Of a DNA stretch of 64,000 nt, positions 29,866 through 38,895 are shown in pieces. The translations under genes were made by a program, and so were the position numbers. The DNA is taken from the sequence record NC_025447.1. One strand, given 5' to 3'. The DNA comes from Escherichia phage 121Q. Every line of letters begins with the position of its first letter. Position 1 is the stretch's first letter. A model generated the notes under the pieces. The model worked only from the letters and a program-made list of their open reading frames with translations, was not told the DNA's origin and searched no databases.

Positions 29866-30714
29866 ATGTTAGACATTTCAGATTTTCTTAATTTTAAAAA
29901 ATATTCAGTACTTGAACATATCAACGAATTTCTGAATTCTACTACACCATTTGGTATCAGTACATCAGATGCATACGATGGATATACAATCTTCCCATAC
30001 AATGACTTTCAAATTTCCGTCAAAAAAGGTTTTACAAAAGAAGTTGCAATTCGTGATGTAGTAATGTATAGCGATTCTTCTATTTCTTACTGTCATGACG
30101 TGAACAAGTTTGAATCTCTTTCAACACCTAATTGTTCATACTACAAATCCCATGACACGATGATGTATAAAGAACAACATATTAATGGTGTTTCGTTCTA
30201 TAAAACTAGCAGTGATAAATCATATACATCTAGAGATGATTTTGGAAAATACACATGTACTATGCACACGGATAATGAAAAAACAAATTACACTCATTCA
30301 TTCGAGTCCAAATTCCAAGAGAGTGAAGTTTCAAATATCACTATACAAGAACAGGTTTCAGAAGGCATTGTATATCGTAGTACTGCATTCTTTCGCATGA
30401 AAGATATTGCCACAGGCAGACCAATGATGTACAATATTGACATATACATGAAAGGTGATATATCCGAAGTAGTGATTAGTACTGGTTATCGTGAAAAATA
30501 TACAGTTACAATGGAATCACCAGATGCATCATTAGTTCACCTCTTTAACAATTTATATACATTCCAATTCGAACTTAGTTTCGATCCAAATGAATATCAA
30601 ATATTTGATATATTAAAAAGTAATATTATTAATAAGTTAGAATATTACTACAAGTTAGGTGGTAAGATGTGCATAGTTAATACTATGTTACATAACATAA
30701 AAGAAACATTATAA
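29866..30714 (+). CDS. hypothetical protein
   Basis: ATG at 29866 after GAGGA (ORF-track 29860 is a TTG start); about 283 aa. Confidence 0.5.
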   Translation: MLDISDFLNFKKYSVLEHINEFLNSTTPFGISTSDAYDGYTIFPYNDFQISVKKGFTKEVAIRDVVMYSDSSISYCHDVNKFESLSTPNCSYYKSHDTMMYKEQHINGVSFYKTSSDKSYTSRDDFGKYTCTMHTDNEKTNYTHSFESKFQESEVSNITIQEQVSEGIVYRSTAFFRMKDIATGRPMMYNIDIYMKGDISEVVISTGYREKYTVTMESPDASLVHLFNNLYTFQFELSFDPNEYQIFDILKSNIINKLEYYYKLGGKMCIVNTMLHNIKETL

Positions 30715-30730
30715 ATCTGGAGGATTTGGT

Positions 30731-31027
30731 ATGGATACTAAATTCAAAATTATTTTTAAAACTAAGCCGTATATTCCACATACAGCAGAACGTTTTATAC
30801 CACATGGTGCTGAGGAAATTATTCACCAAGATGGTACTAAGTTATACCTTGTTCCTTGTTCTTATGAACGTGCAGTAGAAATGTTACTAATGAATGCTAG
30901 ACTATGCAAAAACAAGTACATTAGTTACCTATACAATGAACATATTTTAGATTTCAATGATGAAAATATGTTCATTCTAGCAATTGAGGATTTTGATAAC
31001 TGGTACAATATTATTAAAATCCAATGA
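30731..31027 (+). CDS. hypothetical small protein
   Basis: 98 aa; GGAGGA RBS. Confidence 0.5.
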   Translation: MDTKFKIIFKTKPYIPHTAERFIPHGAEEIIHQDGTKLYLVPCSYERAVEMLLMNARLCKNKYISYLYNEHILDFNDENMFILAIEDFDNWYNIIKIQ

Positions 31028-31032
31028 AAATA

Positions 31033-31071
31033 ATGTGAACATATTAGATTCTTGTGATATAATGTTCACAT
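31033..31071 (+). promoter_or_regulatory. promoter with extended -10 inside a 10-bp inverted repeat
   Basis: ATGTGAACAT ... TGTGATATAAT ... ATGTTCACAT; perfect 10-bp arms flank the -10 element. Confidence 0.45.
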
Positions 31072-31096
31072 CTTTTTTTTGATAACGGAGATATAG

Positions 31097-31483
31097 ATGA
31101 ATACAAGTTCAGTCCTAAAAGCAATTGGTGGTGTTTTACTCATTGAAGTAAAAGGTGAGCCAAAGCTATGCTGTTTAGAAGATATGAAGAATACAAAACA
31201 CTTCAGTACTGGTCAGATTTTCAATGCCATTCGTATTCTAAATGACAAATCCATTGCTGATTATGGAAAAGTTTGGCCTGTATATCAAAATGCTGATGGT
31301 GATATCAGTACTGATTGGAAAACAATTGAGGCGGTACGACAAAGTTGTGAGAGTGATTGGGACTTCATTGTTGAAGTTTGTGATCAACTACAAGAAGATG
31401 TTCCAGAAATTGTTGAACGAAAAGAAGTTCTAGCACGACTTGAAAAATTCCGTCACGGAACACTACAGTATGACACAATCTAA
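31097..31483 (+). CDS. hypothetical protein
   Basis: 128 aa ORF downstream of promoter; RBS ACGGAGA. Confidence 0.5.
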   Translation: MNTSSVLKAIGGVLLIEVKGEPKLCCLEDMKNTKHFSTGQIFNAIRILNDKSIADYGKVWPVYQNADGDISTDWKTIEAVRQSCESDWDFIVEVCDQLQEDVPEIVERKEVLARLEKFRHGTLQYDTI

Positions 31484-31532
31484 TCTGCTTATTAAAAATA
31501 TCTAATTAACATTATATAAAAGGAATTTAAAA

Positions 31533-31838
31533 ATGGAAGACAATGGAATGAAATTTGATATGTTTGAAGGTGTACCAGAGTTCGATTTCAACAAACTTGA
31601 AGAAGGTGAGGAATCAGAACTAGTTAGTGTTACGCTTAAAGCAGATTCTAAAAAGAAATATTCATCATCAGTACGTTCACGTTCACAAGAAGAATACGAA
31701 ACATTTATTGAAAGTATTCATTATGAAACATTCCATCACGCAGATGGAACTCCATATGAAGTACGTGTAACAGTACTGAAGCCTGAAGTAAATCCAATGG
31801 AAAATCTACGTCCTGTTTACTGCTGGGCAAGTCACTAA
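31533..31838 (+). CDS. hypothetical protein
   Basis: 101 aa ORF; AAGGAA RBS. Confidence 0.5.
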   Translation: MEDNGMKFDMFEGVPEFDFNKLEEGEESELVSVTLKADSKKKYSSSVRSRSQEEYETFIESIHYETFHHADGTPYEVRVTVLKPEVNPMENLRPVYCWASH

Positions 31839-31846
31839 TAAACCAA

Positions 31847-31877
31847 AGGACGGGATTTGTTATCTCGTCCTTTTTTT
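31847..31877 (+). terminator. rho-independent terminator
   Basis: GGACG...CGTCC hairpin followed by TTTTTTT. Confidence 0.6.
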
Positions 31878-31889
31878 GTCTGGAGATGT

Positions 31890-32744
31890 ATGAAACTTTA
31901 TCTAATCGTTGACTACAATAAGGATTATGCTGGTAACTTCACCGAAGATTCGGATGGATATTGCACATCGACTAATGTCAATGTACGTAGCAGTAGTGCT
32001 CATGAACATGAATCTTGTAAAAATCTAAAAGATTTTATCGCATACCGAGCATTTGAAAAGAACTTCTGCCGCAGTAGATATTCGAAGTTTGAGTACCCGT
32101 TAATTGATGTTCCTGATGATTTAATGTTCCAGTTAATGCTGACCGGAGTTCAAGATTATGATTACATAGCGTATAATCATATTACTAAGAAAATTTATAT
32201 TGGTACATCATCACATGACACTTCTATGTATGCATCATGCCCAGATGATCGAATGAATGATAGAAAATCATACTATAGTGGGTCAGTTGGTTTAAATGAT
32301 TCATTAAATAAAAATTCATTCTTTGAGTATGTTTATGATTACCATCATGAGAAAAAAGAACGTGAAGATTACTGTATAGCAATTGATAGTACTAATGGTT
32401 ATGAAGACGTGAAAGAAGCACTTATGCCGTACATTATTGAAAAGTACTACAAAGATTTTCAGTACTGTAGTAATTTTCTAATCAGAAATTCTATTATAAT
32501 CGGTCGCCAATCTAGTGCATACTCTCAGTACTATAATGATTCACCAGTAGCATCGGCAAATGAAATGTGTGATATTTTACAAATTCCACGTGAAGATATG
32601 GCATTCATTTTTACATCTTTTATTGAAGATGATGAGTTGTATATTAAAAATAAACACCGTTTCATGCCAAGCAAGATTGAGGTTATTCGAAGTTTTAGTG
32701 TTGATATACTAACAAATTTCACAGAAAAAACCGAATATAACTGA
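31890..32744 (+). CDS. FQxS-core-containing protein (large member)
   Basis: ATG at 31890 downstream of terminator; core PDDLMFQLMLTGV within a 284-aa product. Confidence 0.5.
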   Translation: MKLYLIVDYNKDYAGNFTEDSDGYCTSTNVNVRSSSAHEHESCKNLKDFIAYRAFEKNFCRSRYSKFEYPLIDVPDDLMFQLMLTGVQDYDYIAYNHITKKIYIGTSSHDTSMYASCPDDRMNDRKSYYSGSVGLNDSLNKNSFFEYVYDYHHEKKEREDYCIAIDSTNGYEDVKEALMPYIIEKYYKDFQYCSNFLIRNSIIIGRQSSAYSQYYNDSPVASANEMCDILQIPREDMAFIFTSFIEDDELYIKNKHRFMPSKIEVIRSFSVDILTNFTEKTEYN

Positions 32745-32774
32745 GACAAATGATAAGTTAATGATATAATATAA

Positions 32775-32807
32775 GGTGACAACATAATATGTTAGTCACC
32801 TTTTTTT
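32775..32807 (+). terminator. rho-independent terminator
   Basis: GGTGAC-aacataatatgtta-GTCACC hairpin followed by TTTTTTT. Confidence 0.65.
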
Positions 32808-32809
32808 AA

Positions 32810-33347
32810 TCCTGAAAGGTTCCCATAAGGAAATGATTAAAAGCCTAATCCACTCGAAAATGTAGAGGGTAGATGAGTAGTCCTTTCAGTACGAACAGCA
32901 GATGAAACCCGTTAGATGATGGCATAGTTTGAACCACTCACGGCAATGCGGCTGTATAAAGAACTCCAATAGGATAAAGAGAGTTCCTCGATAGACATAT
33001 AAGGATCGCACCTTACCAATTATCTAAGGGAGATTTCATAAGAAATATGCGGTCGGAATTATACAATATAGTTGCGTCCAAATTTTGTGAAATCAAATAC
33101 AAGTACTGGTCATATGGTATTTGTATTATGTGTCGGGATGTTTAAGACCGACGACCGTTGCTACAAGAACCGCGATAGAGAGAAACAGAGCAACCCGCTT
33201 TCGTCTCGTAAGAGAATTCGTGATATGAACTATGTGAAGGCCACCAGCGTCAAATTTTTTTGTTCTTTCCCCTGCGGGGGGATGAAATATGCTCAAGCAA
33301 ACCCCGTCAATATTAATTAAAAGAAAATAGTACTTGTAGAATTAGAC
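32810..33347. other. ORF-free, hairpin-rich island (candidate structured RNA or control region)
   Basis: No convincing ORF on either strand; locally higher GC by eye; complementary segments CTGAAAGG/CCTTTCAG, GAACTC/GAGTTC, GTCGG/CCGAC, TTGCT/AGCAA, CCCC-tgcg-GGGG. Confidence 0.35.
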
Positions 33348-33422
33348 ATGCGTAGCATGATAATTCTACTGATGTTGATGCAATCAACGTCACGTATATT
33401 CATTGATGTTTCCATAGGAATA

Positions 33423-33968
33423 ATGATGGCATTTATTAGAAAAGAAAAAACTGTTACTTATAAAACTTTGAATTTTGATGATTGCATTAATCAATCACAA
33501 GACGAAGATATCTTTACTGGATATGTGGTTATTAAAGAAAAAGGATGCATTTCTTATATAAAGGAATTACAAAATGGAATTGAAGTGACTTCAGTTAAAT
33601 TACTTCCTACTCAAAAACCAACAATATCAAAAGCCCAGTATGGTAATTATTTTGAAGAAAGATATAGTAATAATTCAATAAGTGTTAAGGCTCATATTAT
33701 TAAAGGAGAACTAGAAGGAGAATATAGAAAATACAACCCACAAGGAAAATGTGTTTGGGTTAAATACTTCAATTCAGGATATGATGTAACATCTGAAATT
33801 ATAGAGTTCTTGGGTTTAAAATGTACCCCTGAGACTATTCATGATTACAAGTTCAATACTGAAGAAGAGTTTAATCTGATGATGCGTTACGGTTCACATT
33901 TTAAATTTTTATATGAATATAACATTGACAGTAGTACTTTTGATAAGATAGTACACAACTGTCTCTAA
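33423..33968 (+). CDS. hypothetical protein
   Basis: ORF 33348-33968; first plausible ATG after RBS-like AGGAA at 33423; start uncertain. Confidence 0.4.
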   Translation: MMAFIRKEKTVTYKTLNFDDCINQSQDEDIFTGYVVIKEKGCISYIKELQNGIEVTSVKLLPTQKPTISKAQYGNYFEERYSNNSISVKAHIIKGELEGEYRKYNPQGKCVWVKYFNSGYDVTSEIIEFLGLKCTPETIHDYKFNTEEEFNLMMRYGSHFKFLYEYNIDSSTFDKIVHNCL

Positions 33969-33984
33969 CAAAAGGAATTATATA

Positions 33985-34506
33985 ATGTCGAAGAAGGATG
34001 CTTCGAAAAAACATTCAGTACATTTCAGTACTGGAAAAGATAACTGGACAACTCCCAAAGATTTCTTTGAAGATTTGGATGAGTTATGGGGATTTACACT
34101 TGATGCTGCTTGTGTAGATGAGACTGCATTGTGTGATAATTTTTTCACTCCAGAAGATGATTCACTATCACAGGATTGGGGAAATAATATAGTTTGGTTG
34201 AATCCACCATACAGTGACTTGAAAACTTGGTTATCTAAAGCAGTAGATGCATATAATAACGGGGCAACTGTAGTTATTCTTGTACCCTCAAGAACCGACA
34301 CAATTGCTTTTCAGGATTATGCTGCTAAAATATGTGATTGTATTTGTTTTATTAAGGGAAGATTACGATTTGGTATACCAGAAGAACCCGATAAGAAAAC
34401 AGATTCAGCACCATTTCCTTCGTGTCTGATAGTACTGGATAAGTACTTAACCACTGCTAAAATCAATTATCTTAAATCTCTTGGGTTGGTGATGAAGAAT
34501 TTATGA
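33985..34506 (+). CDS. DNA N6-adenine methyltransferase (phage Dam-like family)
   Basis: WTTPKDFFEDLDELWGFTLDAAC and catalytic NPPYS motif (WLNPPYSD) typical of phage N6-adenine MTases. Confidence 0.8.
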   Translation: MSKKDASKKHSVHFSTGKDNWTTPKDFFEDLDELWGFTLDAACVDETALCDNFFTPEDDSLSQDWGNNIVWLNPPYSDLKTWLSKAVDAYNNGATVVILVPSRTDTIAFQDYAAKICDCICFIKGRLRFGIPEEPDKKTDSAPFPSCLIVLDKYLTTAKINYLKSLGLVMKNL

Positions 34507-35036
34507 AAGAAACATGTGTATTAACGTTTGGTCGTATTAATCCTGTACATCGTGGACATGGTTTAGTTTTTGAAAAGGCCAAAACATTACAAGAACAGTA
34601 CAATGCTGATTTAAAAATATATCTAAGCACCAGTACTGACAATATAAAAAACCCACTCCCACCTGAACTAAAAATGTATTATACAGAGGGATTCTATCCT
34701 TCAGTGCAAGAGAACATCTACACAGAAGACAATCTATTTGATATAATGAGAGAACTGGATGGAAAGTACTTAGATGTTCTTTTCATTTGTGGTTCTGACC
34801 GTATTGATTCTTTTCAAAAAACTCTTGACATGTACAATGGTAAGTTGTATAATTTTTGTAGTATAAAAGCAATTCAGGCAGGTATTGACCGTAATGTAAG
34901 TCAATATAGCTCAACACAAATGCGTAACTTCGCAAAAAATGAAGATTTTGATAGTTTTCGTGAGTTTTTACCTGGAAATGACGAGGACTTAAAAATACAA
35001 TTATTTGAAGACGTTATAAAATACATGAGGAAATAA
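34503..35036 (+). CDS. HxGH nucleotidyltransferase (NMN adenylyltransferase-like)
   Basis: N-terminal TFGRINPVHRGH matches the G-R-F-x-P-x-H-x-G-H signature of NadM/cytidylyltransferase-fold enzymes. Confidence 0.5.
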   Translation: MKETCVLTFGRINPVHRGHGLVFEKAKTLQEQYNADLKIYLSTSTDNIKNPLPPELKMYYTEGFYPSVQENIYTEDNLFDIMRELDGKYLDVLFICGSDRIDSFQKTLDMYNGKLYNFCSIKAIQAGIDRNVSQYSSTQMRNFAKNEDFDSFREFLPGNDEDLKIQLFEDVIKYMRK

Positions 35037-35038
35037 TT

Positions 35039-35332
35039 ATGTCAGTACTGTTCAAAACCAATCCAGTACTTTGGGATCAAAATGAGCAATCAGGATTTCG
35101 TTCCATCCATGTTGAATACAAAGGTAATACTGTAGTTGCAATTATTGCTAACAAAACTCTAGGAAACTGGACTGCACAGGTTGTTCCTATGGGATATTCT
35201 TACACATCTGATGAGGTACAATTCCTGGCTGAACTATATCGCCAAGTGCCGTTTATCATTAATGTACTAGAAGGTAATGATACATTATCACATGCAGATG
35301 TGATTAATTTTCTTGGAAACTTGCATGTGTGA
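35039..35332 (+). CDS. hypothetical protein
   Basis: 97 aa ORF, tightly coupled. Confidence 0.45.
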   Translation: MSVLFKTNPVLWDQNEQSGFRSIHVEYKGNTVVAIIANKTLGNWTAQVVPMGYSYTSDEVQFLAELYRQVPFIINVLEGNDTLSHADVINFLGNLHV

Positions 35333-35612
35333 TGAAATAAATCTTACAGGATATTTTTTACAAGAATCAATGATTAAATTTAGTGAAAAATTTTCAGTAC
35401 TGGATGGTATCGAAATGTGGCATGTCAAACCACTGTTCCACACTTTCAGTAAAGAGCACAAAATGTTATTGACTGAAGCGAGTAAATCAAATAACATATG
35501 TGAAATCAAAATTGGTGTAAATGTCTATAAAGGGATGGTTATCTTTTTTGACAATAACAGCAACTACTTTTATATTGTTAAGGAGCATTACGTTGACAAA
35601 TACAAATACTAA
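35325..35612 (+). CDS. hypothetical protein
   Basis: ATG at 35325 overlapping upstream TGA. Confidence 0.45.
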   Translation: MCDEINLTGYFLQESMIKFSEKFSVLDGIEMWHVKPLFHTFSKEHKMLLTEASKSNNICEIKIGVNVYKGMVIFFDNNSNYFYIVKEHYVDKYKY

Positions 35613-36207
35613 TACATACTTCCGTTATCTTCGCTTAGGTCTTTCCCTACGTCCGATCCGTGGAAAGTGCGATTCACTCGCTGACCTTGACTATGCATAT
35701 GCATTACATCATGAAGGTGTACAGTATGTATTGGGTGATTATGGTGAATTTGAAGAAACAAATGACAGTACTGGAATTAATGCTGGTGTAGAAAATCTTA
35801 ACAACATTGCTAACAGTTCTCGCCATGACATTGTGTTACAGATTCAAAACTTTATTGAGCAGCACACAGGTAAACGTGTTTGGTGCTATGTCGGTACTGA
35901 TGCACAAATGTCAATTTCATTCGGTAACGATGAAGGATATGTTGCACAGCTTATTATGGATTTTGAATCTGAAGAGAAGTTTTTAGAATTCAAAGAAAAG
36001 ATTATTCAGTCACTTGTTGATATGGGTATCCCCGAAGATAAAATGCCAGAAGTTCAAAACATTGATGAATTTGTTTTGATTCCATCTGATGAGAAATATG
36101 ATGCAATGTTTACTGCCCTTAATATTCCAGGAGTTATTGTGGAGTACTTTGATGATGGTGATGATAGTATCTATATCGATCTAGATGACGATGACGACGA
36201 TGAATAA
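35521..36207 (+). CDS. hypothetical protein with acidic C-terminus
   Basis: ORF ends in DLDDDDDDE; start uncertain (alternative TTG at 35593 after AAGGAG); TNTNTNT low-complexity near N-terminus. Confidence 0.45.
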   Translation: MSIKGWLSFLTITATTFILLRSITLTNTNTNTYFRYLRLGLSLRPIRGKCDSLADLDYAYALHHEGVQYVLGDYGEFEETNDSTGINAGVENLNNIANSSRHDIVLQIQNFIEQHTGKRVWCYVGTDAQMSISFGNDEGYVAQLIMDFESEEKFLEFKEKIIQSLVDMGIPEDKMPEVQNIDEFVLIPSDEKYDAMFTALNIPGVIVEYFDDGDDSIYIDLDDDDDDE

Positions 36208-36214
36208 TGTACAT

Positions 36215-36245
36215 AGCCCGACATAAGTTCGGGCTATTTTTGTAA
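36215..36245 (+). terminator. rho-independent terminator
   Basis: AGCCCGA-cataag-TTCGGGCT hairpin followed by ATTTTTG. Confidence 0.65.
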
Positions 36246-36253
36246 GGGGATAT

Positions 36254-36529
36254 ATGAATTATAAAGTTCTACAATATACATACAGTGTTTTGTTTGATTT
36301 ACATCACAATGGAAGATATCTCAATACAATACGAGAAAACACATTCACTCATACTATCTGGATTAATCACTTAATAATGATACGTGAATATTTTGTTAAT
36401 AGTGAGATAATCATTCGTGGTAAAAAACATAAGATAGAACAAGTTAATAGTTTTGGTGGTAAATTAGTACTATCATTTATAGATAGTAATACTAATGAAA
36501 GATATAGTATAGATTTGGTGGACATATGA
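36254..36529 (+). CDS. TYK-LYDL family small protein (tandem array 1/7)
   Basis: N-terminus MNYKVLQYTYSVLFDL; ~90 aa like its six neighbours. Confidence 0.55.
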   Translation: MNYKVLQYTYSVLFDLHHNGRYLNTIRENTFTHTIWINHLIMIREYFVNSEIIIRGKKHKIEQVNSFGGKLVLSFIDSNTNERYSIDLVDI

Positions 36530-36792
36530 ATTATAAAGATTTCCTACTAACATACAAGATTATTCGAGATTTAGCACACGACAATGATAGCCCTAGTCTA
36601 GAAGACACATGCACTGAAATGATTCATACGATTCGTGGTAAGATTAAAAAAAAATTCAGTACTGTTATTATTGGTGATGACCATGCAGAATTTTCTGATA
36701 TAATCATTAGACGTGATGGTAAAGTTGAGGTTCAGTACTACACTGATTTTGGATTTACCAGTATTCCGTTGGAGATATTCCCTTGGGATTAA
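36526..36792 (+). CDS. TYK-LYDL family small protein (2/7)
   Basis: N-terminus MNYKDFLLTYKIIRDL. Confidence 0.55.
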   Translation: MNYKDFLLTYKIIRDLAHDNDSPSLEDTCTEMIHTIRGKIKKKFSTVIIGDDHAEFSDIIIRRDGKVEVQYYTDFGFTSIPLEIFPWD

Positions 36793-37094
36793 ATTTAAAT
36801 GATATACAATTCACTTATAAGATCCTATATGATTTGTATGATGTATACCTTGTTAGTAACAAAATAGGTTCACATAACCCATACAAAGAACAACCATTTA
36901 TTGATTTATATATTGAGTACTTAGATTCAGTAGGTGAATATATAAAAAAGAATTACAGTACTTTTATCGACGGAAATGATATATTCGAGTTCTCTGGAGT
37001 TAAATCATACAATGGGATTATCCATGTTGAATTTCTTGAAATAACCGATAGGGGATTTATCGAGATTAAAGTTGTGAAGTTGGTGAATTTATAA
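36783..37094 (+). CDS. TYK-LYDL family small protein (3/7)
   Basis: LNDIQFTYKILYDLYD. Confidence 0.55.
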   Translation: MGLNLNDIQFTYKILYDLYDVYLVSNKIGSHNPYKEQPFIDLYIEYLDSVGEYIKKNYSTFIDGNDIFEFSGVKSYNGIIHVEFLEITDRGFIEIKVVKLVNL

Positions 37095-37104
37095 GAGGTT
37101 ACAT

Positions 37105-37416
37105 ATGTTATTAAATGATATACAATTCACATACAAATTTTTGTATATCCAATACGCTACGGTTGATGCTGGAGAATATCTCTACGGTGAAATCTATCGT
37201 TCGGTATGGATAAAGTTTTTGGATGAATTACATGAATATTACCATGATTTGTGTATAGTTCGTGATAATAAAATATACAAATTCCGCGATATTGTTAGTC
37301 ATAGCGGTAAGCTACGATTGGAATTAAGTACTGATAGTGATGTTGATTGGATTGGTGTAAATTTACTGGAGTTGGAGAATGAAAAACAACTTAAAGGAAA
37401 TACAAGTATTTTATAA
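37105..37416 (+). CDS. TYK-LYDL family small protein (4/7)
   Basis: MLLNDIQFTYKFLYIQY. Confidence 0.55.
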   Translation: MLLNDIQFTYKFLYIQYATVDAGEYLYGEIYRSVWIKFLDELHEYYHDLCIVRDNKIYKFRDIVSHSGKLRLELSTDSDVDWIGVNLLELENEKQLKGNTSIL

Positions 37417-37663
37417 ATTCTTATACTTGTCATATGTAAAAGATGAGTACTATGAAAGTGTGTATTATTTTTTATGGCAACATTACCGTACTATAGTAAG
37501 AGATTTATATATAGGAAAATCTATCATATCCAATGGTGAAAAATGTATATGTACTGATGTTGTTAGTTTTAATGGTTCTTTAACACTGTGTTTCAGATGC
37601 GATAATAATAGTGGGTCATTTTCATTAAACGTATATCAGTTAGAAGGAATAAATTTTGAATAA
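37379..37663 (+). CDS. TYK-LYDL family small protein (5/7)
   Basis: LKEIQVFYKFLYLSY; DLYIGKSIIS motif. Confidence 0.55.
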   Translation: MKNNLKEIQVFYKFLYLSYVKDEYYESVYYFLWQHYRTIVRDLYIGKSIISNGEKCICTDVVSFNGSLTLCFRCDNNSGSFSLNVYQLEGINFE

Positions 37664-37856
37664 ATGTCCATATTGTAACAGTACTCAATTAGCTCGTTTC
37701 CGTTTAGATTCAGACTGGGCGACTGGTGCTGGTGATTTCTTCCCTATCAATGATGATGCAGAATACACCGAAGAACAGCACAAAGATTTTGATAAATCAT
37801 GGCGACCTGACATTGAGTGCATTTATTGCCTTAATTGTGAGCGTGTTCATGACTAA
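37656..37856 (+). CDS. C4 zinc-ribbon small protein
   Basis: CPYC near N-terminus and CIYCLNC near C-terminus. Confidence 0.5.
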   Translation: MNKCPYCNSTQLARFRLDSDWATGAGDFFPINDDAEYTEEQHKDFDKSWRPDIECIYCLNCERVHD

Positions 37857-38112
37857 AGCTGAACTAATAGTTCATACATATAAAATGATATCAAGTACTG
37901 AGTTATCATATAGTGCAGATAATCCAGTACTGGATTATTTTGTTGAATTATTGAAAGAGCATTATATTGGTAAATCACTGATTCTTAATAATATTAATTT
38001 CACGGTAAAGGATGTAGCACCTGGAAAAAACGTACTAATAGTATGTGTTACTTCATCTGATAACCCAGTATACCCAATATCAATAATTTTTGAGATATTA
38101 GGAGATTTATGA
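37850..38112 (+). CDS. TYK-LYDL / KYxG-V family small protein (6/7)
   Basis: ATG at 37850 overlapping upstream stop; MTKAELIVHTYKMIS and EHYIGKSLIL. Confidence 0.5.
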
Positions 38113-38399
38113 ATATCATTTTAATGCAGAAAACATATGCTATATTGGTGAAAGATTATTCCATTACTTTCGATTCACAAGAAAGTGCTCTACATAACCT
38201 ATACAAAAACGTAACACAAGAATACAGAAATATGTTTTCTGACTTAGTAGTAGGAAGGTATTTCAGTACTAGAAAATACCCAAAACTTCAAATAGTTGAT
38301 GTTTCTTTTTATTTCAATGGTCATATTACTATTCATAGTTTAGACCAAGATTCAACAACGTACTTAAACTTTTCATTTGATGAGGTAACATTTTTATGA
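38109..38399 (+). CDS. TYK-LYDL family small protein (7/7)
   Basis: MNIILMQKTYAILVKDY. Confidence 0.5.
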   Translation: MNIILMQKTYAILVKDYSITFDSQESALHNLYKNVTQEYRNMFSDLVVGRYFSTRKYPKLQIVDVSFYFNGHITIHSLDQDSTTYLNFSFDEVTFL

Positions 38400-38572
38400 G
38401 AACAGTATTTTTTATCTGGAGTCTTTTTTCATTGGCAGTACTGACAGTATGTGGGATTTGTTTCCTTTCATCAATTAATACTTGGTATATCAATTTACTA
38501 TTTCCATTTGTCGGTGTTGGATTAGGATTTACTTTACATAGTGTATGTAAGGATTACAATGAGAACAAATGA
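38396..38572 (+). CDS. small hydrophobic (membrane) protein, 58 aa
   Basis: Below ORF-track cutoff; ATGA overlap start; translation MRTVFFIWSLFSLAVLTVCGICFLSS... is largely hydrophobic. Confidence 0.35.
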   Translation: MRTVFFIWSLFSLAVLTVCGICFLSSINTWYINLLFPFVGVGLGFTLHSVCKDYNENK

Positions 38573-38837
38573 AGTACTTGTTGCTGAAACAATGAAGATG
38601 ATTTACGATATCACGTCAGCACAGAATATGCCATATCCAACTAAGTCTTTATTGAGGACTGTGTATCTGGGGATAGTACAGGAGTACTACAAATCCAAGC
38701 ACAGAAGCATTATTAGTGTTTATCGTGATTATGAAAGGATTCGTATTTTATTCTGGAACAAGAATCGAGTACGTTCTGAATGTGATCTAGTAGATTTTAA
38801 ATTAGAGAATCTTTATTGCTATAAACAGGGACAATAG
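38559..38837 (+). CDS. hypothetical small protein
   Basis: ATG at 38559 (MRTNEVLV...) in frame with ORF 38541-38837. Confidence 0.45.
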   Translation: MRTNEVLVAETMKMIYDITSAQNMPYPTKSLLRTVYLGIVQEYYKSKHRSIISVYRDYERIRILFWNKNRVRSECDLVDFKLENLYCYKQGQ

Positions 38838-38895
38838 TCTAATTCATGATATAATAATGGGTAAGGAACAATAATTAACACAAGGAGTGTGTGAA

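Noticed and set aside
33072-33320. 82-aa ORF inside the ORF-free island
   Set aside because: No RBS, composition unlike neighbouring genes, and it overlaps hairpin-forming GC-rich segments. More consistent with non-coding sequence.
32810-33347. tRNA gene or group I intron in the non-coding island
   Set aside because: No T-loop-like GTTCRANYC with a matching acceptor stem was found by eye, and the island does not interrupt a gene. A covariance-model scan would be needed to exclude them.
33978-34301. 107-aa minus-strand ORF overlapping the adenine methyltransferase gene
   Set aside because: The + strand frame carries the conserved NPPY MTase motifs; the antisense frame is a shadow.
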